Numbered from the stretch's first letter, positions 1-9,971 are shown. The stretch: DNA of 64,000 bases from Gammaproteobacteria bacterium (GCA_963662545.2 CAXXLL010000002.1:1824001-1888000), one strand, 5' to 3'. Notes: a model not told the origin generated them from the sequence alone. Translations and numbers: made by a program.

Positions 1-2
1 TC

Positions 3-188
3 GCTGGCGACGCCTTTACCCTCGCCGACATCGTGCTCTACTGCTGTCTGGATTTCTGCCGCGGCGTCGGTCAGCCGCTGGAGGCAGACCTCAAAAACCT
101 GTCCGCGTGGTTCGCCCGCATCGACGGGCGCGACAGCGCCGCGGCCGCCATGCACCCCGCCGCCCCAGAGTTGAAAATGGCGGGTTGA
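3..188 (+). CDS. Glutathione S-transferase family protein, C-terminal fragment (runs off window start)
   Basis: Frame 3 reads AGDAFTLADIVLYCCLDFCRGVGQPLEADLKNLSAWFARIDGRDSAAAAMHP...*, the GST C-domain 'GD.F(S/T).ADI' and 'L.AW..R...R.S' pattern; not in the ORF track. Confidence 0.8.
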   Translation, partial: AGDAFTLADIVLYCCLDFCRGVGQPLEADLKNLSAWFARIDGRDSAAAAMHPAAPELKMAG

Positions 189-197
189 AGCTTCGTC

Positions 198-236
198 GGG
201 GCAACCGCCGCCGTTGAGACCGGCGGCGGTTGTCCC
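198..236. terminator. GC-rich hairpin between convergent genes, likely bidirectional terminator
   Basis: GGGGCAACCGCCGCCG-ttgagac-CGGCGGCGGTTGTCCC lies between the stops at 188 (+) and 239 (-). Confidence 0.7.
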
Positions 237-238
237 AC

Positions 239-1378
239 TCAGGCCGCTTTACTGTCGTCCCGCATGAACGCCGGGGGACCGTCGACTTGCATGTCGAACG
301 GCGGGCTGTGGCCGAGTTTCTTGAGTTCCGGCATGACTTCCCGCGCAAACAGGCTCAGGTTGTCCTGCGCCATTTTCTGTTCCATCCCGGCGTAGCTGAA
401 AACACCCGTGAACCCGCAGCAATCGGTGCGGGCGTGGATATCCTTGACCTTTTCGTAGCACTGTTCGGGCGTACCCCAGACCTGCAGGCTCATGAAGAAT
501 TCCGCCATGCCGTCCACGCCTTCCGATTCCATCGTCTCGGTCAGCCGCTTGTAATATTCGTAGCCCTTGGTGTGCTCGAAATGATCACTCTGCATTTCGT
601 AGTGCTTGACCACGGATTGCCAGTAACCGCCAATGTACTTGCGCGCTATCGCCTCCGCCTTGGCCGCGTCCTTGTCGCAGGCCACCCAGCCGGCGATATA
701 CGGGCGCGGCGCAGCGACACCCTGTTCGGCGAGAAACAGCTTGTTGTATTCAGCGAGTTCGGCGGCGTGCTCTTCCCACGGCTTCTGAGGAATGACGAGG
801 ATGCCAATGCCGAGCCGCGCCATGATCAAGGAGGATTCGGGTGAAATCGCGGCCGCGTAAGTGCGGTTTTTGAACGAGCGGAACGGCTCGGGGCGAATTC
901 GTACCCTCGGCTGCTTGACGTATTTACCGTCGTACTCGCAGTAGCCCTGTTCGAGCCCCTGCAGGATCATCTCTGCGCTTTCGACGAAACGCTCGCGCGA
1001 TTCCCCCATCGGTACGCGGAAGCCCTCGAATTCGACGCGTCCGAGGCCGCGGCCGATGCCGAACAGCACCCGCCCGTCCGTCATGCAGTCGAGCATGGAG
1101 ATTTTCTCTGCAACCCGGATGGGATCGTTCCACGGCAAGACCACCACCATCGAGCCGAGCTTGACCTTCTTGCAATGCCCGCCGACAAACGCAAGAAACT
1201 GAACGACGTCCGGTGTCATGGTGTAGTCGGTGAAGTGATGCTCCACGCCCCACACCGAATCGTAACCGAGGCCTTCCGCGCTCAGTGCCAAGGCCATGTC
1301 TTGTTGAATGACGGAATAATCGCTGACGCCGCTGTCGCGGCCCGGATTCTGGAAAATGGATGCCATGCCGACGTGCAT
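239..1378 (-). CDS. Luciferase-like (LLM class) flavin-dependent monooxygenase
   Basis: MHVGM..., GYDSVWGVEHHF, DGRVLFGIGRG, WGTPEQC, LFAREVMP; ATG at 1378 preceded by GGAGA. Confidence 0.9.
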   Translation of the reverse strand: MHVGMASIFQNPGRDSGVSDYSVIQQDMALALSAEGLGYDSVWGVEHHFTDYTMTPDVVQFLAFVGGHCKKVKLGSMVVVLPWNDPIRVAEKISMLDCMTDGRVLFGIGRGLGRVEFEGFRVPMGESRERFVESAEMILQGLEQGYCEYDGKYVKQPRVRIRPEPFRSFKNRTYAAAISPESSLIMARLGIGILVIPQKPWEEHAAELAEYNKLFLAEQGVAAPRPYIAGWVACDKDAAKAEAIARKYIGGYWQSVVKHYEMQSDHFEHTKGYEYYKRLTETMESEGVDGMAEFFMSLQVWGTPEQCYEKVKDIHARTDCCGFTGVFSYAGMEQKMAQDNLSLFAREVMPELKKLGHSPPFDMQVDGPPAFMRDDSKAA

Positions 1379-1476
1379 ATTGCGGTCTCCCGTGGTGGTC
1401 GCCGCCACCGAAATTTGAAGCTTGGTGCGCACCCTACGGGGGGGCACAGTATGAAGTCAACCGTGCGGGTTTGGTC

Positions 1477-2310
1477 TTAGGATGCAAATAATGCGATGGT
1501 CCGCACTTCGATACTCTGCCGCGCCGGCGCGTCGGCGGGCGCGCCCGGATCCTTGAAGGCGGTATGCGCCGAATAGCGCGCACGCCCGTCCCGGGCTGAA
1601 TCGAAGCATTTGAGCAGGAGCACTTCATCCTGACGCATCTGTGAGATGTAGAACCAGCGGTGCGCGGGGTTGTGCCGCACGCTGTAGACCTCACCGGCGC
1701 GGTCCTCGTAGTTGAGATCAGTTGCGATGAAATCCGACGGTTCGATGCTCTTGGCGTCGCAAACGGCAAGTGGCATATCGATCACCGGCTGCATGAGCGG
1801 CCGCCAAACGTTAATAAATGCAAAACGGCGTTGGGCCAAGTCTTCCGCTTCGTCACCCATGAGGTCACGTACGCGCTGCGGACCGGATTTTTCCGTGTAG
1901 TCGTTGTGTACGAAGCGTACCGGTTCGCGTATGCCTGACCCGTCCTGCTCGGACAGCGGCTTGTTACGGACGTTGTGATCGAAGGCATGAACACGGATAG
2001 CTCCCGTCCTGGCTTTAACGATCGCTTCCGATTCCGGGTAGTAGTCCGTCCTTATCACGCCGTCGTTGTAAAAATCGCTGGTGGATGAAGAATGCCGTAC
2101 GGCGGCGAAGCCGTTTTCGTCCAGCGAGACCGTGTCCATGATCGCGCGTAAATCGAACACGCTGACCGTCTGCCGATCGGCCCCAGGCCGGGGCGGCACC
2201 TGGCCTTGTTCGGTTTCGTACAAGTAGTAAGCCGGCCGCTCACCGGTGTAATCGAGGTAGTTGAGGGTCGTCTCAACACGGTCGAGGGCGGCGACATCAA
2301 CTTCAAGCAT
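1477..2310 (-). CDS. CmcJ/NvfI/AsaB-like oxidoreductase (probably Fe(II)/2-oxoglutarate type)
   Basis: VHNDYT, FINVWRP, PLAVCDA, AHTAF and RQSIEVR motifs; GGAGG before ATG 2310. Confidence 0.8.
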   Translation of the reverse strand: MLEVDVAALDRVETTLNYLDYTGERPAYYLYETEQGQVPPRPGADRQTVSVFDLRAIMDTVSLDENGFAAVRHSSSTSDFYNDGVIRTDYYPESEAIVKARTGAIRVHAFDHNVRNKPLSEQDGSGIREPVRFVHNDYTEKSGPQRVRDLMGDEAEDLAQRRFAFINVWRPLMQPVIDMPLAVCDAKSIEPSDFIATDLNYEDRAGEVYSVRHNPAHRWFYISQMRQDEVLLLKCFDSARDGRARYSAHTAFKDPGAPADAPARQSIEVRTIALFAS

Positions 2311-2391
2311 GCGGGCCTCCAAGCGATACGATTAAGGCTTATCCCGTAGTTTACCTCGCGCCGCCTGAAATGTTCAGCGGCTCCTCTGCGC

Positions 2392-3378
2392 CTACAAGGC
2401 CGGGAAGAGGCGCTCCTTGGGATATTCGGCGCCCACCACGTTTTGTAGCGTAATGGCGCGTACCATTTGATACACGCGCACGCGAAACGCCGGATCGCAG
2501 GACATGCGAATGTAAATGTCTTTGTTTTCGATGCCGTAGTCTTCCGCCAGCCATACCATGAGGTTCCGCGTGGCATCGAGGACGGCCTGTTCCATCGGTA
2601 AATTAATGCCGATGGCCACGACACTGTCCGGCTTGTCGATACGAACACAGGGTAGGCGCTTGTTCTTGATCACAGCGCAGCTCATCTGGACAGTGGAGCG
2701 CGTTTCATCGGCAATGCCGGTGAACTCCGTATCGCCCTGGCCCCCGTGAACATCACCCACGTATAGCAGCCCGCCCTCGTTATACGAATTGAGATAGATA
2801 GTGTGGCCGGCACAGATATCGCGACAATCGATGTTGCCGCCAAATGGCCCCTGGCCCAGCACGGAAGTGAATACTTCACGCTCGGGAGCGGTCGCCAGGG
2901 TGCCGATAAAGGGCTGCAAGTCCCAGGTCAGTTTGTCGGAATATTTCCCTTTACCGTCGCGCGTATGTCCACTTGGACCCGGCAAGTGCTCGATGACTTG
3001 AACGTGCGGTTCGGCACATTCCTTGAAGGTGAGCGAGTCACCTAAGGGCCCGATGCCCGGCAGCACACCAGAAAAACCGTAGCGCCAGGGATCGACCCAG
3101 TCGATGGTCACGGCCAAGACGTCGCCGTTTTCACAACCCTCGACGAAAATGGGACCGACCACGGGATTGTATAACGGCGGCCACTGCTGGGTGAGGCGGG
3201 CGAGATGCTCGCCGGTCAAGGTATGCACCTTGGGATCGTCGCTGTCATCGTCGATGAGGCCGGTGAGGGCGTCGTCGGTCTCGAGTTGAAAGGCTTCGCC
3301 CTGCGTGACTTTTAGTACGACTTCGTCGCGGTTATCGAAGGCGTATTTGTCGACAGTTGCTCGTTTGATCAATTGCAT
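2392..3378 (-). CDS. Acetamidase/formamidase family protein
   Basis: NPVVGPIFVEG, PFIGT, GGNIDC, GDVHGGQGDTE motifs. Confidence 0.85.
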   Translation of the reverse strand: MQLIKRATVDKYAFDNRDEVVLKVTQGEAFQLETDDALTGLIDDDSDDPKVHTLTGEHLARLTQQWPPLYNPVVGPIFVEGCENGDVLAVTIDWVDPWRYGFSGVLPGIGPLGDSLTFKECAEPHVQVIEHLPGPSGHTRDGKGKYSDKLTWDLQPFIGTLATAPEREVFTSVLGQGPFGGNIDCRDICAGHTIYLNSYNEGGLLYVGDVHGGQGDTEFTGIADETRSTVQMSCAVIKNKRLPCVRIDKPDSVVAIGINLPMEQAVLDATRNLMVWLAEDYGIENKDIYIRMSCDPAFRVRVYQMVRAITLQNVVGAEYPKERLFPAL

Positions 3379-3628
3379 CCCGGTTTTCTCCTTGCGGGCG
3401 AATAGAATTCTGTCTCGTAATTCGGATCACGTATTTTATCGATCGGGTAATGTCAGGAAGACGTGTCTCGCCCTGTGGCTGACCCGCCGGTGAAAATCCC
3501 GATGTCCAGTTCATAGTCAAGCGTAACCGCGATGTCAATAAATACCAACAGCGGCAGCGGCTCGGGTCCACGGTGCCGACGCGAGTCCGGCGGTATACTT
3601 GGCCACCACAGCATATAGATTGAAGATC

Positions 3629-5473
3629 ATGGCAGAGATTGCACGGACACACGCGAGGAGAAAGCGAGACCCTTCATTCGAATGGAGCGCACTCAGGGAT
3701 CTCGCGCCCTATCTCTGGCCGCGCGAACAAGCCGGTATCAAACTGCGCGTCGTCGTTGCACTCGCGTTCGTCGTTTGCGCCAAGCTCGCAATGGTCTACG
3801 CCCCGATGCTCTACAAGGTCATGGTCGACCAGTTTTCCGATCCAGCGCGCTTGCCCGTGGAGCTGCCCATTGCGTTATTGCTGGGCTATGGCCTGTTGCG
3901 GGTCATGGCCATTGCCTTCGCTGAACTGCGTGACGCAGTGTTCGCCAAGGTGGCGCAGCGCGCGATCCGCAATGTGTCCCTCAAGACATTCCGTCATCTC
4001 CATAAGTTGGCGCTCCGATTTCACCTGGAACGCCAAACCGGCGGCCTGTCACGTGCCATCGAACGTGGCACCAAGGGCATCGATTTCCTGTTGACATTCA
4101 TGCTGTTCAACATCATTCCTACCTTCCTGGAGATCAGCCTCGTATGCGGCATTCTGTGGTTCTTGTTCAATGCCTGGTATGCGATCGTGACCTTCGTCAC
4201 CATCGCGAGCTACATCACCTACACACTCGCGGTAACCGAGTGGCGGCTCAAATACCGACGCCGCATGAATGAATCCGATCAGGAAGCGAATACCCGCGCG
4301 ATTGACAGTCTCCTGAATTACGAGACCGTGAAGTATTTTGGCAACGAAGATTATGAGGCAAATCGTTTCGACCGGTCTCTGGCGCGATACGAACGTGCAG
4401 CGGTAACGAGTAAAAGCTCGCTTGCTCTACTCAATATCGGACAGGCATCGATCATCGGCGTCGGGCTCACCATCGTCATGGCGATGGCAGGACAGGGTGT
4501 GCTTGCAGGCTCGATGACGGTCGGTGATTTCGTTCTCGTGAATACCTATCTCCTTCAGCTCTACATGCCGTTGAACTTCCTCGGATTCGTCTATCGTGAA
4601 ATCAAGCAATCGTTAACCGACATGGAAGCGATGTTTCACCTGCTCGACGTTAATACCGAAATCACCGATGCCGAAGACGCAAGGCCGCTGGACGAAGGTC
4701 CGGGCAGGGTCGAATTTGACGGGGTCTCTTTTGCCTATGACGAACGTCGCGAGATCCTGCGCGATGTGAGCTTCGTTGTATCGGCCGGACGTCGCGTCGC
4801 GATCGTCGGTGCCAGCGGGGCGGGAAAATCCACTATCGCGCGCCTTCTGTTTCGCTTCTATGACGTGAGCCGCGGCTCAATACGTATCGACGGGCAGGAC
4901 ATCCGCCACGTTACGCAACGCAGCGTGCGGGATGCCTTCGGCGTCGTGCCGCAAGATACCGTGCTGTTCAACGATACGATTTACTACAACATTGCTTACG
5001 GTCGGCCTGGGGCGAGTCCGGCCGAGGTGGAGGAGGCGGCGCGGCTCGCCCAGATACACGCTTTCATCATGGGCTCACCCGACGGCTATGAGACCATGGT
5101 CGGCGAACGTGGGTTGAAGCTGTCTGGAGGCGAGAAACAGCGCGTGGCCATCGCACGCACCATCCTCAAGCAACCCCGTATCCTCATATTCGACGAGGCC
5201 ACCTCGGCTCTCGATACACGAACTGAACGCGAAATTCAGGAGGCGCTCGAGGAGGTGTCACGCGGGCACACGACCCTGGTCATCGCCCACCGCCTGTCGA
5301 CCGTAGTGGACGCGGACGAAATTATCGTACTCAGCGAAGGCGCGATCGCCGAGCGTGGCCGTCATGCGGAACTGCTGCAAGCCGGCGGCCTGTATGCATC
5401 GATGTGGCAACGGCAGCAGGAGGCCGAAACACACAGCGCCGAGCACGGAGATCCGGTCGTCGTACCGACTTGA
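3629..5473 (+). CDS. Atm1/ABCB7-type ABC exporter (fused permease and ATPase)
   Basis: FHLERQTGGLSRAIERG, DSLLNYETVKYF, Walker A GASGAGKST, LSGGEKQRVAIAR, DEATSALD. Confidence 0.9.
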   Translation: MAEIARTHARRKRDPSFEWSALRDLAPYLWPREQAGIKLRVVVALAFVVCAKLAMVYAPMLYKVMVDQFSDPARLPVELPIALLLGYGLLRVMAIAFAELRDAVFAKVAQRAIRNVSLKTFRHLHKLALRFHLERQTGGLSRAIERGTKGIDFLLTFMLFNIIPTFLEISLVCGILWFLFNAWYAIVTFVTIASYITYTLAVTEWRLKYRRRMNESDQEANTRAIDSLLNYETVKYFGNEDYEANRFDRSLARYERAAVTSKSSLALLNIGQASIIGVGLTIVMAMAGQGVLAGSMTVGDFVLVNTYLLQLYMPLNFLGFVYREIKQSLTDMEAMFHLLDVNTEITDAEDARPLDEGPGRVEFDGVSFAYDERREILRDVSFVVSAGRRVAIVGASGAGKSTIARLLFRFYDVSRGSIRIDGQDIRHVTQRSVRDAFGVVPQDTVLFNDTIYYNIAYGRPGASPAEVEEAARLAQIHAFIMGSPDGYETMVGERGLKLSGGEKQRVAIARTILKQPRILIFDEATSALDTRTEREIQEALEEVSRGHTTLVIAHRLSTVVDADEIIVLSEGAIAERGRHAELLQAGGLYASMWQRQQEAETHSAEHGDPVVVPT

Positions 5474-5649
5474 ACCGCCTGTACGGAGCCGATCGGCCAA
5501 GTGTTAAAATCTGTTGAAGAATCTGGCCGTTCCCGGGTCTTTGTCGAGGGAAGCGATACCATCCACGCGGATGCGTCGTGGTATTACGTTGCCAAGACGA
5601 CGCGAGCCTTTGCGGTCATTCGAACTACGAGGCATGAACGAAAAACCTG

Positions 5650-6623
5650 ATGTCCGGAAAGAACGCTAGACGGCGGAAACGCGACCGCGCGAAAGCGTCT
5701 TACCAGCGACGCTTGAGCGGCGTCGCCACGACGGTGGGCGTGCTCTATTCGCTGCCCTCAGTAGTATCCGCTGCCATCATTCACTTTTCGGGTACACCGG
5801 TGTCGATCGACGCGAAAGCGCCCGATGGCCTGGTACCCGAGCCAGAAGCGACCTCCGTCCTGTTCGACAATTCCGTGCTTTGGGATGTCGATGGCGGCGG
5901 CACGCCGGATTTCGTCCTGCGGCGCACTGGTACCGTCTTTGTTGAAACCGGGTCCACGAGCTACGGTGCCGCGCAAACCATTCGCAGTGTCGAAGGATAT
6001 CTCCATCTGGACAGCGGCAACAACGGCAACGGTGTGGTCATGGAATACGGTGGGGACCCTGAACCACAAGACATAGCTAAGTTGTCAAACAATGTGATCC
6101 CGAATGTACTAGTTGGTCCGGCGATGATGGGCCCGATGGGATCAGGCTCCTACGTTTTTGGCGCACCGGGCCAGACCGGGCGGATGATGATGTCTTTTAA
6201 TTCGTCGACTTCATCCATTGGCGGCCAATACAATTACGGCCTAATGAATGCAAATGTAGTGGGGGCGGCAATTACGGCCTAATGAATGCAAATGTAGTGG
6301 GGGCGGCTTATAACGGCAGATTCAACCAGGCGCCTGGGTCCTTAAATTATTTCGGCTTCAGCTTTACCGAGGGCGGCGATACCTTTTACGGCTGGGCGGC
6401 GATCCTGTTCGATCTCGAGGGCGAGGACCGGCGACTGGAAATCGTCGAATGGGCGTATGAGGACACGCCCGATACGGCCATCGCCGTCGGCGCGACGGGT
6501 GTTCCAGTGCCCGCCCACGGGCTCGCGATGCTGGCCGCAGGTGCCGGCAGCGTACTGGCCATGCGGCGCAAACGCCGCGATCTCGCATTGATTCCCCGTA
6601 CTAGCGATCGCGACACGCTCTGA
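5650..6623 (+). pseudogene. PEP-CTERM-like sorted surface protein, frameshifted by a 38-bp tandem duplication (ORFs 5650-6282 and 6282-6623)
   Basis: Basic N-region plus hydrophobic signal peptide; C-terminal VPVPAHG-LAMLAAGAGSVLAM-RRKRR tripartite sorting signal; removing one repeat copy gives a single 311-aa ORF. Confidence 0.75.
6231..6306 (+). repeat. Perfect 38-bp tandem duplication (2 copies)
   Basis: CAATTACGGCCTAATGAATGCAAATGTAGTGGGGGCGG at 6231-6268 and 6269-6306. Confidence 0.97.
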
Positions 6624-6658
6624 TCGCACGGTGCGCGATTCGCGCGCGTAACAAGCCC

Positions 6659-9469
6659 TTGGCCCCACCATTAACCGACAAGGTCCTACTGATCGGGTGG
6701 GACGCGGCGGACTGGAAAATCATGACGCCGCTCATCGACAGCGGTGCGATGCCGAACCTCGAACGGTTTCTCACACAAGGTGTGATGGGCAACCTCAGCA
6801 CCCTGATGCCGGTGCTCTCACCCATGCTATGGACATCGATTGCGACCGGCAAGCGCGCTTACAAGCACGGCGTCCACGGTTTCAGTGAACCCGATCCCGC
6901 CAGCGGGCAGGTCCGGCCCATCACCAATCTCGGCCGCCGCACGAAGGCCGTATGGAATATCCTCAATCAGAATGGCAAGCGCAGTAACATCATCGGCTGG
7001 TGGCCGTCGCACCCAGTCGAACCGATCAACGGGGTGATGGTGTCCAATCATTTTCAAACGGCGGTACGGGCGCTGGACCAACCGTGGCCGATGCGCCCGG
7101 GGACGGTGCATCCGCAACGCCTGATCAAACCCCTGTCGCAATTCCGCGTTCATCCCTGGGAAATCGATGCGGAACAGTTGCTGCCTTTCGTTCCCCAGGC
7201 GGCGGCTATCGATCAGGACGAGGACAAACGCCTGTTCAGTGTCGCCAAGGTACTGGCGGAGTGCGCCAGCGTCCATGCCGCAGCGACGGCCGTGATGGAA
7301 CTCGAGCCATGGGATTTCACGGCTGTTTACTACGATGCCATCGACCATTTCTGTCACGGCTTCATGAAATACCACCCACCACGGCTGCCATGGGTCGCCG
7401 AGGCGGATTTCGACCTGTACAAAAACGTCGTCGAAGGCGCCTACCGCTTCCATGACATGATGTTCGGGGCTTTGACGGATCTCGCGGGTGAAGACGCAAC
7501 GGTCATCCTGTGCTCCGATCATGGGTTCCACGCCGATCATCTACGCCCCCGCGAGATCCCGAATGAGCCGGCGGGCGCGGCGGAAGAGCACCGGCCGTTC
7601 GGGGTGTTCGCCATGCGCGGTCCCGCCATAAAGCTCGATGAATTGGTGTTCGGCGCGAGCCTGTTGGACATCACCCCCACCGTCCTGACCCTGTTCGGTC
7701 TCGCGGTTGGCCGCGACATGGATGGCAAGGTGCTGGTGACGGCGTTCGATCGGAAACCGGTTGTTGAATTCGTGGAGAGCTGGGATGCGATCGCCGGTGA
7801 TGACGGCAGCCATCCACCTGGGTGGCACGCCGATCCGGTCGATACCGCAGATGCGATGCAACAGCTGGTTGACTTGGGCTACGTCGATTCACCCGACGAG
7901 GACGTCTTGGTCGCCGCGCAGAATACCCTGCGCGAACTGCGCTACAACCTCGCGCGCGATCTGATCGACGCGCAACGACCGGGGGAGGCCGTGCCGGTGC
8001 TCGAATCGTTGTGGGAGCGATGGCCGGAGGAAACCCGCTTCGGCGTGCAGTTGTTCGGCTGCATGCTGACGATGGAACAAAGCGGTGAAGCACGCCAAAT
8101 CCTCAACGACATTCGTTCGCGCAAACAAACTTATGCAGCGAAGGCACGCGAGGAACTGACGTCAATCGCGGAGGCGTCCGGCAGCCGTAAGGACGCGGAC
8201 GAAAAAGAATTGACTCGCGAGGAACGCATGCGACGCATGAGATTGCGGCGGCGGGCGGTCACCAATCACGGTTCCCTGCATTACCTCGAGGGTCGTCTGT
8301 GCCTGGCTGACGGCGATGCGAAAGGCGCACTCGCATGTTTCGAACGCGTTGGCGAGGTCCAGACGCATAATCAGCCGAGCCTGCTTTTTGCCAAAGCCGA
8401 TGCCTTGCTAAAACTCGCGCGCTACGACGAGGCGGCAGCTGCGTTCGAACAAATGCTGAATATCGATCCGGTTAACGCCAACGCCCGCCTGGGCCTTTGC
8501 CGGGTCTGGCTCGGGCGCCGGCGGCCGCGCCGCGCGCTGGATGAAGCGCTGGCGGCCATCGGCCTCGTTTATCACAATCCCCAGGCCCATCACTGCTGCG
8601 GGATTGCCTGCCAATGGCTGGGGCGTATCGATGACGCCGTTCGCGCTTTTGAAATGGCCGTATCCCAAAACATGCTGCTGGTCGACGCACACCGGCGCCT
8701 GGCGAAGCTTTACCGGACGAAGCTCGACGACCCCGAACGCGCCGCCCGCCACCGCGTATTCGCCGCCGTCGCGCGGCGCCGACAGCGCGCGTTCCGTGAA
8801 AGCGGTGCATTGGATCGGGACCAGTCCTGCATACCGGCCGAGTTGCCCGACGCGCGGCTCGGTGCAGTAGGGAAACCCAAAACCTTGCCCCCACTGCACG
8901 ATGAAATCATCGTTGTTTCCGGTCTTCCGCGATCGGGAACGGCGATGATGATGCAAATGTTAAGCGCCGGCGGACTCGAACCACTTACCGACGGAGCACG
9001 TGGCGCGGATGAGCATAATCCGCGCGGTTACTTCGAATACGAAGCGGTCAAATCGATCGGACGGGATCCTCGCTGGATCCGGCGCGCACAGGGGCGCGCG
9101 GTGAAGATCGTCGCGCCACTGCTACCGAAGCTGCCGTCCGAATATCGTTATCGCGTGATCTTCATGGAACGCATCCTGGCGGAAGTCATCACTTCGCAGA
9201 ACGCAATGCTCAAAAAGCTGGGAAAATCCGGTGCCAGCGCCAGTCCGGAGCGCCTCGCCGAAATTTATCGGCGACAGTTCGAAGCGGTCAGGGAGTTCCT
9301 GACACGCAACGCCGACCACGTACAAGTCATGGCAGTCGATTACCATGAGACACTCGCACGGCCGCGGGCGACCGCCGAACGGCTCAACGACTTCCTCGGG
9401 GGTGGTCTCGAACGCGAGGCAATGATGCATGCGGTGGAGCCCACCTTGCGGCGGCAGCGCATGGCCTGA
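6659..9469 (+). CDS. Alkaline phosphatase/phosphodiesterase-superfamily domain + TPR region + C-terminal sulfotransferase domain fusion
   Basis: IGWDAADW, LSPMLWTSIATGK, DAIDHFCH, SDHGF (AP superfamily); helical TPR-like repeats; VSGLPRSGTAMMMQML PAPS-binding loop and NPRGYFE; TTG start. Confidence 0.85.
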   Translation: MAPPLTDKVLLIGWDAADWKIMTPLIDSGAMPNLERFLTQGVMGNLSTLMPVLSPMLWTSIATGKRAYKHGVHGFSEPDPASGQVRPITNLGRRTKAVWNILNQNGKRSNIIGWWPSHPVEPINGVMVSNHFQTAVRALDQPWPMRPGTVHPQRLIKPLSQFRVHPWEIDAEQLLPFVPQAAAIDQDEDKRLFSVAKVLAECASVHAAATAVMELEPWDFTAVYYDAIDHFCHGFMKYHPPRLPWVAEADFDLYKNVVEGAYRFHDMMFGALTDLAGEDATVILCSDHGFHADHLRPREIPNEPAGAAEEHRPFGVFAMRGPAIKLDELVFGASLLDITPTVLTLFGLAVGRDMDGKVLVTAFDRKPVVEFVESWDAIAGDDGSHPPGWHADPVDTADAMQQLVDLGYVDSPDEDVLVAAQNTLRELRYNLARDLIDAQRPGEAVPVLESLWERWPEETRFGVQLFGCMLTMEQSGEARQILNDIRSRKQTYAAKAREELTSIAEASGSRKDADEKELTREERMRRMRLRRRAVTNHGSLHYLEGRLCLADGDAKGALACFERVGEVQTHNQPSLLFAKADALLKLARYDEAAAAFEQMLNIDPVNANARLGLCRVWLGRRRPRRALDEALAAIGLVYHNPQAHHCCGIACQWLGRIDDAVRAFEMAVSQNMLLVDAHRRLAKLYRTKLDDPERAARHRVFAAVARRRQRAFRESGALDRDQSCIPAELPDARLGAVGKPKTLPPLHDEIIVVSGLPRSGTAMMMQMLSAGGLEPLTDGARGADEHNPRGYFEYEAVKSIGRDPRWIRRAQGRAVKIVAPLLPKLPSEYRYRVIFMERILAEVITSQNAMLKKLGKSGASASPERLAEIYRRQFEAVREFLTRNADHVQVMAVDYHETLARPRATAERLNDFLGGGLEREAMMHAVEPTLRRQRMA

Positions 9470-9572
9470 ACCGATCGCTCGAATGGCAGGCGAACTACGT
9501 GCCTCCAACTGCTGAAGGCAGAGATTTCTTACCGCTTGTCGATCAAGACCGGGAAATCGATTTGAGTTTTTG

Positions 9573-9971
9573 CTAACCCCTGAGCCAGGACAACGCGTCC
9601 GCACGTGTTCCGAAATAAGCGGTTGGAAATACCGCGGGGCTTTCGGGACCCGGTTCGGCGCCGATGGCCGGCATGCCCGCTGGCATATGAAAAGCGAAAC
9701 GCTCGACCCCCGCGGCGTTGTAACGGGGAATGATGTTCTGGTCACGCCAGTCCGTGTTCATTTGCGCCGGATTCATCCGAAACTGCGTCGTGTCCACCAG
9801 CACGCGCTGGCGCTCAAGTCGTTCGAGCTCACCGACGAATCGTTCGAGCCAACTTTGAAACTCCTCGCCGCTCATCGCGTCCGTCGAGTCGAACCAGCGA
9901 ATTTCTATGAAGCCGTCTTCTGTGCGATCGATGATGTCGCCATATTGATCGCAAAAAACTAATACCGCCAT
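9573..9971 (-). CDS. Small hypothetical protein, STAS/SpoIIAA-like fold suspected
   Basis: 132 aa; RVLVDTTQF, W....IIP.....GV.RFAF and terminal YF.TRADALSWL pattern. Confidence 0.55.
   Translation of the reverse strand: MAVLVFCDQYGDIIDRTEDGFIEIRWFDSTDAMSGEEFQSWLERFVGELERLERQRVLVDTTQFRMNPAQMNTDWRDQNIIPRYNAAGVERFAFHMPAGMPAIGAEPGPESPAVFPTAYFGTRADALSWLRG

Noticed and set aside
6231-6306. 38-bp repeats as a mini CRISPR array
   Set aside because: The copies are directly adjacent with no spacer, lie inside coding sequence, and no cas genes are present
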